IMG/VR virus record: IMGVR_UViG_3300033997_000092
Coordinates: 62,001 to 126,000 of that record
DNA length: 64,000 bases
Strand: one strand, 5' to 3'
Every line of letters starts with the position of its first letter. Positions within the stretch are counted from its first letter, which is position 1. Of the stretch, positions 1 to 7,572 are shown in pieces. Both the position numbers and the translations under genes were made by a program. Under the pieces are notes generated by a model, which had not been told where the DNA came from, did not search any database, and was given only the letters and a program-made list of their open reading frames with translations.

Positions 1-1061
1 TCAGACTCCTCTTCTTCCTCGTCTTCGTCTTCTTCATCACCGTCAGAAGCCTGAGCTTCTAAACGTGCCAATTCGGCATCAAGATCAAAGTCGTCTTCGT
101 CGGATGATTCAGATTCCAACTCACCGTCTTCATCTTCGTCTTCATCCAACTCCAGGCCTTCGAGGTCTTCATCATCACCATCGAGATCCAGGTCAGCGTC
201 TTCGTCGTCACCGTCTTCATCATCAGATGAAACTGAGAAAAGTTCTTCCAGTTTATCCATTTCAGCAGACAGAGAATGTAAGCAACCTGAGTCCTGTGGA
301 TCTAACAGGCCGCCGCCACATGAAGGACATACAGTCACATCAGAACTGGTACTTACGATAACATTACCGCAAGTGTCTGAATGAGAACATAAGTACAGGT
401 GGGCTTCAACTTGTTTACCATCAGAGGCTTCTGCTTGGAACGGAGTCTCTGACTCAACTTGTTCCAGGTCGTCCATACCTTCAACTGGGTCAACATTAAA
501 ATGTACCGAGTTGTGGCTAATGAAAGTACCGCTCTCTGAGGTCAGAGTAACAGTGTCTTCACCGCGACAGGCAGCAGCAAAAGAGTCACGCGCTTCTTCA
601 GCAGTAGGAGCAGCTACGATTACGATTGGCTGGTCGGTAGTACCGGCACCAGTTTCACCTTCATCAGAGCTGAGTGCTTCAATTTCAGAATCGCTTAATT
701 CAGGGATTTGGGTGCTGCACTGTGGACAATATTCTAAGTCAGAAGACTCAGAAAGTAAGTGGGCACCGCAACCATCAGCACAGATGGTGTAATTAACTGT
801 CACTTTGTCACCAACAGAGGCTAATGCTTGGAACGGCATATTACCTGTGTAAGGGGTCAAGTCATTCTGACCTGTAAGCGGGTTGTACGGCTCTGTAGCA
901 GAGGCGTGTGTCACGAAAGTGCGTTTATCGCTGTCTTGAAAAACAGCTACACTACCTTCCTGTGCATACGCTACTGCGGCAAACAGGGCCTGCGCTTCAT
1001 GTTTAGAACGACCAGCGACAACGATACCAGAGTTACCTGGTTCCTTTTTACGCTTGATCAT
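1..1061 (-). CDS. Acidic double Zn-ribbon protein, putative prohead scaffold/core protein (3' end runs off window)
   Basis: Manually translated; not in ORF track. ATG at 1061 with AAAGGAGA RBS, open to the edge: MIKRKKEPGNSGIVVAGRSKHEAQALF... Two repeats, each with Cys pairs (CADGC..CPQC; CSHSDTC..CPSC), then a D/E-rich tract. Scaffold role is inferred from composition and location. Confidence 0.7.
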   Translation of the reverse strand, partial: MIKRKKEPGNSGIVVAGRSKHEAQALFAAVAYAQEGSVAVFQDSDKRTFVTHASATEPYNPLTGQNDLTPYTGNMPFQALASVGDKVTVNYTICADGCGAHLLSESSDLEYCPQCSTQIPELSDSEIEALSSDEGETGAGTTDQPIVIVAAPTAEEARDSFAAACRGEDTVTLTSESGTFISHNSVHFNVDPVEGMDDLEQVESETPFQAEASDGKQVEAHLYLCSHSDTCGNVIVSTSSDVTVCPSCGGGLLDPQDSGCLHSLSAEMDKLEELFSVSSDDEDGDDEDADLDLDGDDEDLEGLELDEDEDEDGELESESSDEDDFDLDAELARLEAQASDGDEEDEDEEEEES

Positions 1062-1115
1062 CGGTTTCTCCTTTCGGATTGTTTAGAACACCACACAGAG
1101 TCTTCTGATTCTGCA

Positions 1116-1128
1116 TATATTAAAATTA
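1116..1128 (-). promoter_or_regulatory. Putative late promoter TAATTT-N5-T-R
   Basis: TAATTTTAATATA upstream of the scaffold-like gene; the same pattern precedes three other virion-type genes. Confidence 0.5.
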
Positions 1129-1151
1129 AGTTTCGCAGAAAAATATCTACG

Positions 1152-1192
1152 AAAATACCGGTATTTTTAGCAAATAATTTACCGGTATTTTT
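1152..1192. repeat. 16-bp palindrome AAAATACCGGTATTTT plus second copy of TACCGGTATTTTT
   Basis: Perfect palindrome at 1152-1167; 13-nt direct repeat at 1156-1168 and 1180-1192 in an AT-rich intergenic gap. Confidence 0.85.
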
Positions 1193-1226
1193 CAGCGAAT
1201 TTTCGAGACATTACAGCGTAAAATCA

Positions 1227-1697
1227 TCAGTAAGTTTCGATTGATTTGTAGAATTTTTCAAGTCCTTTTAGATTAGGAGAATATCCATGATCTCCGACCA
1301 TCTTGAAGAACTCTGCATTTTTCAAATCCTTCAAAGGATTGTTTTCGCGTAGCTCACCTTTGGGATGAATATAATCAGCGACGAACGTATCCCAATCGAC
1401 ACCATACGACCGCATTTCTTGAGCAAATATAAAGAACTTTTGCCATTGAGCTTGATCGTCTCCGTTCAGGTCAGTCAACGAATAGTGTTGAATGTCTGAA
1501 TCGGATAGTGGTTTAGGATAAACTACGATGCCGAACCTGTAGCGACTCTCAGGAAGTTTCCTTGTTATCGATTCAGGTATATCAGCAGGAGCTATAAAAC
1601 GTGAGTGACCTTTCGGCTGCGTTCCTAAGCTGAAGGGACGCAAACGCATCCCATACAGGTATTCTTTAGCTTTAGCAATACTGACTAATACGCGCAT
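1227..1697 (-). CDS. DarA C-terminal-like domain protein with leader variant
   Basis: YGMRLRPFSLGTQPKG...YRFGIVVYPKPLS...YSL resembles the DarA_C (defence against restriction A) signature; N-terminus MRVLVSIA. Confidence 0.65.
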   Translation of the reverse strand: MRVLVSIAKAKEYLYGMRLRPFSLGTQPKGHSRFIAPADIPESITRKLPESRYRFGIVVYPKPLSDSDIQHYSLTDLNGDDQAQWQKFFIFAQEMRSYGVDWDTFVADYIHPKGELRENNPLKDLKNAEFFKMVGDHGYSPNLKGLEKFYKSIETY

Positions 1698-2452
1698 TAG
1701 ATTTTATTCGCTATAGTCTTTTTGCGGGCTTTAGAGGCAGCAGCGTCTTTGATTGCTGTTTTAGGATCTGCCTTCAATGCAGCTCTGGCTTTACCTGCTT
1801 CACGTAACTTTTTACTGAAAGCCTTCAACGTACCGAAATTGATTTTAACTGCTTTACCCATAATAGAGCGCATCAGTTTAATCAAACTGTTTTTATGTTT
1901 GATAGGAACTTCTTTACCTGCTATCATTGCTTTCAGAGTATCTTTATCTTGTTTCGTTGCTTCAGGTGCTGCTTTATCTTCAGCAGCAGCTTTGGCGGCT
2001 TTCCCAGGCTTTGTCAAAATAGATGACTTAGAAGGAACTGCCTTAACTGTAACATCGGAGAGCTTCAGTTTTTTATCAGCAGGTAGTGAAAGCTTTTTGA
2101 ATTTAATGGCATCAACAATACCTTTGCGTTCGCCGACAAGTGCAGCAATTGCCTCAGCTATCTCACGGGCCTTCTCATTGTACTGGGCACGTGTGAATTT
2201 AGGTCCGATTTTCTCACGGAGTTTTTGTTTCATAGCAACCAGTTTGGCTTGCTTTTTGATAGTGTCGTTGTATGCTTTAAGTGCCGCAGCAACAACGGCT
2301 TTAGTTTTTGCGTCGGCTTGAGCTTGAACACGTGGATGTACTTTGCGTTTCGCTTTAGGCTTGATACCGCCTTTAACCATACCACTACGCATCTTAGTTT
2401 TTTGTGCTTTTGACGGTCCTGCACTCTCACTAACAAATACTTTGATTTTCAT
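1697..2452 (-). CDS. Lys/Ala-rich basic protein with MKIKVFVSESA leader (putative internal head protein)
   Basis: 251 aa, AAAGGAG RBS, very basic composition, shared leader. Confidence 0.7.
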   Translation of the reverse strand: MKIKVFVSESAGPSKAQKTKMRSGMVKGGIKPKAKRKVHPRVQAQADAKTKAVVAAALKAYNDTIKKQAKLVAMKQKLREKIGPKFTRAQYNEKAREIAEAIAALVGERKGIVDAIKFKKLSLPADKKLKLSDVTVKAVPSKSSILTKPGKAAKAAAEDKAAPEATKQDKDTLKAMIAGKEVPIKHKNSLIKLMRSIMGKAVKINFGTLKAFSKKLREAGKARAALKADPKTAIKDAAASKARKKTIANKI

Positions 2453-2476
2453 ACGAAAACTCCTTTAATATGTAGA

Positions 2477-2770
2477 TTATTTCTTGTTTGGTAAAAGGCG
2501 TAGTAATGAACGTACAGCCTCAAGCTCTGCCTTAACTGCTTGTAATTTTTTACCTTTAGGTTTTTCTTCTTCGAGAATATCGAGTAATTCATTTTCTCGG
2601 TCACTTAGCCGTACGAATCCTTTTCCTTCAAGAGAAGGGAATTTGGATAGTATAACTGCTTTCATTGATGCTTTGCGACGTTTCAACATTTCAGCATTAG
2701 TTAATGGCTTAGCTGCTATAGTTGGTTTTTTCGGAGCAGAACTTTCACTCACAAATATTTTGATTTTCAT
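2477..2770 (-). CDS. Small basic protein with MKIKIFVSESSA leader
   Basis: 97 aa, GGAG RBS, shared leader. Confidence 0.7.
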   Translation of the reverse strand: MKIKIFVSESSAPKKPTIAAKPLTNAEMLKRRKASMKAVILSKFPSLEGKGFVRLSDRENELLDILEEEKPKGKKLQAVKAELEAVRSLLRLLPNKK

Positions 2771-2783
2771 GTTATGCTCCAGT

Positions 2784-3215
2784 TCAACTAAATTTAAGAA
2801 TGTTGTTTATGTGTTCTTCGTAATTGCTGATGCCAACAATTACAAATTCTTCCAATGCGAACGCAGCTTCAGCGAAAGTTTTTACAGGTATTTCTTTGAC
2901 GAATTTCCTGTCTTCGACCAGATACGCTTTTTTGGTATCACTAATGTAAACAATAGCATTCAAAGGATAGACTATATTACCAACAAGAGATTTACCGATG
3001 TAGTATGTTCCTATGACTACTGCTTTACTTCTAATGCCTTTATTAGGACCATCAATTTGAGCCGGGTATTTATGTGCCGCAGTTACTTTGGTTGTAAATT
3101 CGTTTTTAGTATCTAGTGCTTTATCAATAGCAAACTTACGGACCATTTGCATAGCAAGTTGTATTCCTGTCTTTGAAGAACTGGAACTCTCACTCACGAA
3201 TACTTTGATTTTCAT
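2784..3215 (-). CDS. Hypothetical protein with MKIKVFVSESSS leader
   Basis: 143 aa, AGGAG RBS, shared leader. Confidence 0.7.
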   Translation of the reverse strand: MKIKVFVSESSSSSKTGIQLAMQMVRKFAIDKALDTKNEFTTKVTAAHKYPAQIDGPNKGIRSKAVVIGTYYIGKSLVGNIVYPLNAIVYISDTKKAYLVEDRKFVKEIPVKTFAEAAFALEEFVIVGISNYEEHINNILKFS

Positions 3216-3223
3216 GCAAACTC

Positions 3224-3952
3224 CTAGTCTAAATTGATAGTTGATTTAATATCAGGGTGCCAACCTTCACGACGAACCATAGCTACAGCATTTACTTCCG
3301 GGTGCCATGCGTATTCGCCTATGTCACCTGTGGTAGGATCGACGTTGTCCCACCGCAGCACTACTTGGTTACCATTAGCCTGTTTACGTACTATGTCTGC
3401 ACTGTACCTTCCAGGATTAATCTTCATCGCAGTCTTTATAGACATAGGGACTTCGATTGTCCTGACATACATTGAAGTGTTCTTACCTATAAGCATCCTT
3501 TCATGTATATAAGGTGAGCTTTCAACATAGATACGAATTGCGTAGTCCGATGCTTGATCTTTCTTGCTTAACAGCAGTTTAAAGATAGTGGCATGTGCTC
3601 CTGCTGTTTTAGGATTAAATACACGTACACCATGTTCGTTCTTACGCAAGTTCTCGACCAGCTTAGCTACGATCTTAGGCATATAGGCAGGTACACTGTG
3701 TTTTTCCACTATACGATTGTACATGGTTTCAGATACCGTGAAGCGCCAAGGAGAAGTTCCAAATAAAACAACAACACCGTATCCTTTATCATCGTTAGCT
3801 AATAAGAATGTGGAACCCTTAGATATTCCATGTACGTGTACGCTGTCTTCGATAGGAATTAGGCGTACTGCTTTGCGGAACATTAAACCGTCAAACTCGT
3901 CCGATTTACGTAATTGGACGGCGCTCTCGCTTACAAACACTTTGATTTTCAT
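3224..3952 (-). CDS. Hypothetical protein with MKIKVFVSESA leader
   Basis: 242 aa, AAGGA RBS, shared leader. Confidence 0.7.
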   Translation of the reverse strand: MKIKVFVSESAVQLRKSDEFDGLMFRKAVRLIPIEDSVHVHGISKGSTFLLANDDKGYGVVVLFGTSPWRFTVSETMYNRIVEKHSVPAYMPKIVAKLVENLRKNEHGVRVFNPKTAGAHATIFKLLLSKKDQASDYAIRIYVESSPYIHERMLIGKNTSMYVRTIEVPMSIKTAMKINPGRYSADIVRKQANGNQVVLRWDNVDPTTGDIGEYAWHPEVNAVAMVRREGWHPDIKSTINLD

Positions 3953-3962
3953 ACAAGGTTCC

Positions 3963-5018
3963 TTATTTATTCGAGGGCTTACCGTTCTTCAAATAGTTAT
4001 TCTGGAAATACTCTTGAGCTATTTCCCATCCAAGAGGAGTAACGAGTCCACGCGCAGACGTGCCGTGCACCATATACTCACAAAGAACCGCCCACGCTTC
4101 TGACGACCACGGATTGCTATATCCTGGATGTTCAAACTGGTCAGGATGCAATTCTTTATTCTCAGAATACATACGCTTGAATTTTGTTACGTCAGTTTGT
4201 TTGACAATACCTGAGTACCACATATAGTGGGCAAGTTCGTGTGTTATAGCCTGTGCCACAATCTTTGTATCTAACACACCGCCGTTAATCTGAGTAAGTT
4301 GTCCACGATTGATAATCAGGAACGACTTACTACGCATCTGGTTAGCTTGCGTTATAATACTGATCATCGTAGCATAGTCAAAACTTTCAGCTAAATACAA
4401 ACGACTTCCTTTATAAGGAACGATTGATCCAGTATGCTTTAGTGCCTCAGTTACCATATCGAGAATGTCTGGCTGTATCGGATAGATAAGGGCCGTCTTA
4501 CCTGACTTAGATCTGAATCTAGTCGGATTCGGCAGCATCTGTATTGGAATCGGAACGGACGTTTTTCCTACGATAGGGCGATTGTTAATCTTCTTTGGTA
4601 CAGATAGCTTCAATCTTTCACTTGGCGCATTGGCAGGTATTACTGATTTAGGCATAACAGGCAGCGCTGGACTATCTGCTTTATTATCCGGTGTAGCCTC
4701 AGACAACGATTCTTGTTTGATTCGTTCTGTTGTCAGTGTAGGAAGCGTCGGCATATTTGTCATAGGACGTGATTTTGCCAGAATAGATTGCAGTACATCT
4801 TCCTTTATAGGAGTAGGCACTAACTGTCCATCGAGACCTAGACAGAATGCTTTGGCCTTATACAAGGCATAGTAGATTTGTCGTGGATTAAGAGTTACTT
4901 GCCCTACTTTGATAGGCGCAGAGTCTAAATATCTGAAATAAAACATGGTTAAAGCTTCCAGAGTGTATTTGCTATAAATTACTGTTCTGTAGGCAATGGA
5001 AATGAAAACGGCTGACAA
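3963..5018 (-). CDS. Zincin-like metallopeptidase domain protein
   Basis: C-terminal ITHELAHYMW (HExxH) with downstream SEAWA third-ligand motif; Pro-rich linker; N-terminus MSAVFISIA. Confidence 0.7.
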   Translation of the reverse strand: MSAVFISIAYRTVIYSKYTLEALTMFYFRYLDSAPIKVGQVTLNPRQIYYALYKAKAFCLGLDGQLVPTPIKEDVLQSILAKSRPMTNMPTLPTLTTERIKQESLSEATPDNKADSPALPVMPKSVIPANAPSERLKLSVPKKINNRPIVGKTSVPIPIQMLPNPTRFRSKSGKTALIYPIQPDILDMVTEALKHTGSIVPYKGSRLYLAESFDYATMISIITQANQMRSKSFLIINRGQLTQINGGVLDTKIVAQAITHELAHYMWYSGIVKQTDVTKFKRMYSENKELHPDQFEHPGYSNPWSSEAWAVLCEYMVHGTSARGLVTPLGWEIAQEYFQNNYLKNGKPSNK

Positions 5019-5036
5019 AATGCCAGCCGAATCATA

Positions 5037-5933
5037 TTATGCACGTTTGGCTTTAGCAAAAGCCGATGCGTCACTTGGACTGAGTGAAACGTAAGTGTCG
5101 CCCAGTTTGACAATAACTGTAGAGCCGCCCATAACACCTTGAGCTTTAACAACTGCTTTTTCGCCAAGTGTATCAGTGAACCATTTAGCGGCGCTGTCCA
5201 GGGCTGCTTCACGGGAAGCTTTTTGGGCATCCTGAATACCGGAAATGATTTTCTGCTGGGCTGCAATAGATTTGATGTGCTGTTTGATAGCAGATTCGGC
5301 AACCATCATTTCTTTTTCAACGGCAGCCGGTAATACGCCTTTGGCATACACAGGCAGCAACAGGCGAACAGTAGCGCTAAGCTTAGAACGTAATGCAATT
5401 TTAACTGCACGACGAGCTAAGTAAGTAGTGCTTTGGCCTTTCTTGCCTGCTTGTTTTGAAGCATCAAAGTCAACAACCTTTGACTTGGCGGAAACAACAT
5501 AATACTTTTCAGGCTGAGGTTTAAGTGAGCTTGATACCAACGATGTAACTTGTTTGATAATCGCCGAAGCTGCTTTACCTACACCGTTTACAACAACAGT
5601 GATAACCAAAGTCTTTAAGTCAGGGCCAGTTTTGCGTTTCTTCGCTGTAACAGTAGGTTTAGCAGAAGCTATACCTTCAATAGCAGTGATAGCTTTGGCA
5701 ACAACACGGCCTTCTTTCAAACCTAAACCAGGAACTGTATAAACCAATTGGGTAGAAGTTTTAGCTGGCTTGACTTTTGGTTCGTGTGTAAAATCCGACG
5801 CAGCTTTTTCTATCTTTTTGGACAAAGCAGCCAGAGCAGTTTGATTAACGAAGCCGTCCTTTGCAACAACTGACGCACTCGTTGAAACCAAAGCGCCTTG
5901 CAATGGGTCCAAAGCTAATGTCACTTTCATCAT
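5037..5933 (-). CDS. Lys/Ala-rich basic protein, putative internal head protein
   Basis: Start moved to ATGATG at 5933/5930 (AGGGG RBS); MMKVTLALDPLQGALVSTSA extended leader. Confidence 0.7.
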   Translation of the reverse strand: MMKVTLALDPLQGALVSTSASVVAKDGFVNQTALAALSKKIEKAASDFTHEPKVKPAKTSTQLVYTVPGLGLKEGRVVAKAITAIEGIASAKPTVTAKKRKTGPDLKTLVITVVVNGVGKAASAIIKQVTSLVSSSLKPQPEKYYVVSAKSKVVDFDASKQAGKKGQSTTYLARRAVKIALRSKLSATVRLLLPVYAKGVLPAAVEKEMMVAESAIKQHIKSIAAQQKIISGIQDAQKASREAALDSAAKWFTDTLGEKAVVKAQGVMGGSTVIVKLGDTYVSLSPSDASAFAKAKRA

Positions 5934-5946
5934 TATTCCCCTAAGT

Positions 5947-5976
5947 AGAGAAGGGTGAGACTGATGTATCTCACCC
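5947..5976 (-). terminator. Hairpin, possible intrinsic terminator
   Basis: GGGTGAGA-8nt-TCTCACCC followed by TTCTCT (imperfect U tract). Confidence 0.5.
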
Positions 5977-5983
5977 AAACAGT

Positions 5984-6040
5984 TTAATTACCACCACCGC
6001 CACCAACACGGCAACGGCGACTATCATATACACCAGGCAT
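5984..6040 (-). CDS. Micro-ORF, 18 aa MPGVYDSRRCRVGGGGGN
   Basis: AGGAG RBS 6 nt before ATG at 6040; TAA at 5984-5986; hairpin directly downstream. Below the ORF-track size cut-off. Confidence 0.5.
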   Translation of the reverse strand: MPGVYDSRRCRVGGGGGN

Positions 6041-6135
6041 AGCCAACTCCTATAGTTGCAGTTGAATCGTTACGCTATGTAACGGAGCCCAACGCTCTCC
6101 TACAGTCTTTAACGTGGCGTAGTGTCCACGAGATA

Positions 6136-6148
6136 TGGATCACCTCCT
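6136..6148 (-). promoter_or_regulatory. Extended Shine-Dalgarno AGGAGGTGATCCA (13-nt complement of 16S rRNA 3' end)
   Basis: Plus strand TGGATCACCTCCT equals the conserved 16S 3' terminus; no ATG at normal spacing. Confidence 0.7.
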
Positions 6149-6170
6149 ACCTTGTGGAAAATTCAACAGA

Positions 6171-6947
6171 TTAGCTGTACTTCTTTTCAGCTTCTTTACT
6201 GACGAAGAACCAAGCTTTACCTTTAATCGATTGTTTGGTAATCGGATTTGTCGAAGCAAACGTCATAACGCGAGTTTTCTTTTTACCTTCAACAGCGTAA
6301 ATACTTCCAGATGACGTCAATTGAGGACGGACATTACGCGCTGCTTTCAACGAAGGCTTGACTGTCTTTTCTTCACCTGCACGTAAAGGCTTGGTGACTT
6401 CAACTGAGAAATAAATGCCTTTCTCCGCAAGCTGCATTTCTTTAGCTTTAGTTGATTGTTTTGCCGTGATAGCAGCCTGCTTATTAAGCTTACTTTGTAA
6501 AGCTTCGCGTTTAGATTGCAGCTCCGCTATTTGAGCATCAAGATCGCGGATAGATTTTCTCACATTTACGTCTTGTGCTTTTTCACCAACAGCATCACCA
6601 AAGCGTATAGCGCGTGAAGGCTTACCGTCGGTTGTTTTTGGAATAGGAGCAGCTAAGAGTTTCGCAAGCTGTGTCGGCGTAAACTTAGCTTCTTTTTTAG
6701 ATCCGACAGTTGTTTTCTCACCGCGCTGCATAACATAGGCCCACTCGGTAGAAACTGACTTAATCGAACCTGATTTAGTCAGCTCGACATCAGTTATAGT
6801 GTGTTGTATTTTACTTTTGTAGAATGGTGAGCCGCGTTTAATAAGTTGGCCTACCTTATGCTCAATTAGTTTTGCACCTATCACAATTTTCTTTGTTTGC
6901 GCAGGAGTAAACCCGGCCGATTCGCTGATCATGACATTGATTTTCAT
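6171..6947 (-). CDS. Basic protein with MKINVMISESA leader and central coiled coil
   Basis: 258 aa, AAGGA RBS, leader variant. Confidence 0.7.
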   Translation of the reverse strand: MKINVMISESAGFTPAQTKKIVIGAKLIEHKVGQLIKRGSPFYKSKIQHTITDVELTKSGSIKSVSTEWAYVMQRGEKTTVGSKKEAKFTPTQLAKLLAAPIPKTTDGKPSRAIRFGDAVGEKAQDVNVRKSIRDLDAQIAELQSKREALQSKLNKQAAITAKQSTKAKEMQLAEKGIYFSVEVTKPLRAGEEKTVKPSLKAARNVRPQLTSSGSIYAVEGKKKTRVMTFASTNPITKQSIKGKAWFFVSKEAEKKYS

Positions 6948-6963
6948 TGTTAATCCTTAAAGT

Positions 6964-7572
6964 TTATTTCAATGCAGCACTTTTAGTACCTTTTGCCGAT
7001 TTCAATGAAGCCTTCTCGCCAGTCAACAATTTCAGCAAAGCACTGGCAGACATATCCATCAATTCACGTTTACGTGATTTCGGCAAACGCTCGATAACAA
7101 CCTTCTTCAACTTACCTGCAGAAGTTACTTCGATTGAATCGATAGCATATTCATTTTTTATAAGCTGCGGAGTGGATTTATTATCTGATTTACGGACATA
7201 AGCCGACGTCATTGTGATGATAAGCTTTGTTGATTTATCCTGGAGCTTTTTACGTTGAACAGGAGTAAAGCGATCATCGGTCAATTCTGTCTTGCTAGAA
7301 CGTGCGGATTTGGATGGTTTAGATCCAGAAGAACCACGAATACCTGCTTTACGCACTAAGGTAAGTGTAACTGACATTCCTACAGTTGTCTCGCCTAATG
7401 CGCTAGTAAGTTGAGGATAATCAGTTACCTTAACATCGAACTTATCAATGTCATAGGCATCTGAATTCTTCTCAACAAGACCAGATAAAGCTTTTACGGC
7501 CTTAGCCTCAATATCTTTGTGGAGTTGGCGCTGGCCGGCAGCAGAATTTAAAGAAACTAAAACTTTCATCAC
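6964..7572 (-). CDS. Basic protein with MKVLVSLNSA leader variant
   Basis: 202 aa; C-terminal half resembles the N-terminal domain of 6171..6947. Confidence 0.7.
   Translation of the reverse strand: MMKVLVSLNSAAGQRQLHKDIEAKAVKALSGLVEKNSDAYDIDKFDVKVTDYPQLTSALGETTVGMSVTLTLVRKAGIRGSSGSKPSKSARSSKTELTDDRFTPVQRKKLQDKSTKLIITMTSAYVRKSDNKSTPQLIKNEYAIDSIEVTSAGKLKKVVIERLPKSRKRELMDMSASALLKLLTGEKASLKSAKGTKSAALK

Noticed and set aside
6136-6148. 16S rRNA gene fragment
   Set aside because: Only 13 nt match and the flanks are not rRNA; better read as an extended SD on the minus strand.
2418-6947. Leaders as Sec/lipoprotein signal peptides, or the repeats as a CRISPR/attC-like array
   Set aside because: The hydrophobic stretch is too short and alternating, with no lipobox Cys. 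The repeats are in-frame gene starts hundreds of bp apart with synonymous variation and no palindromic structure.
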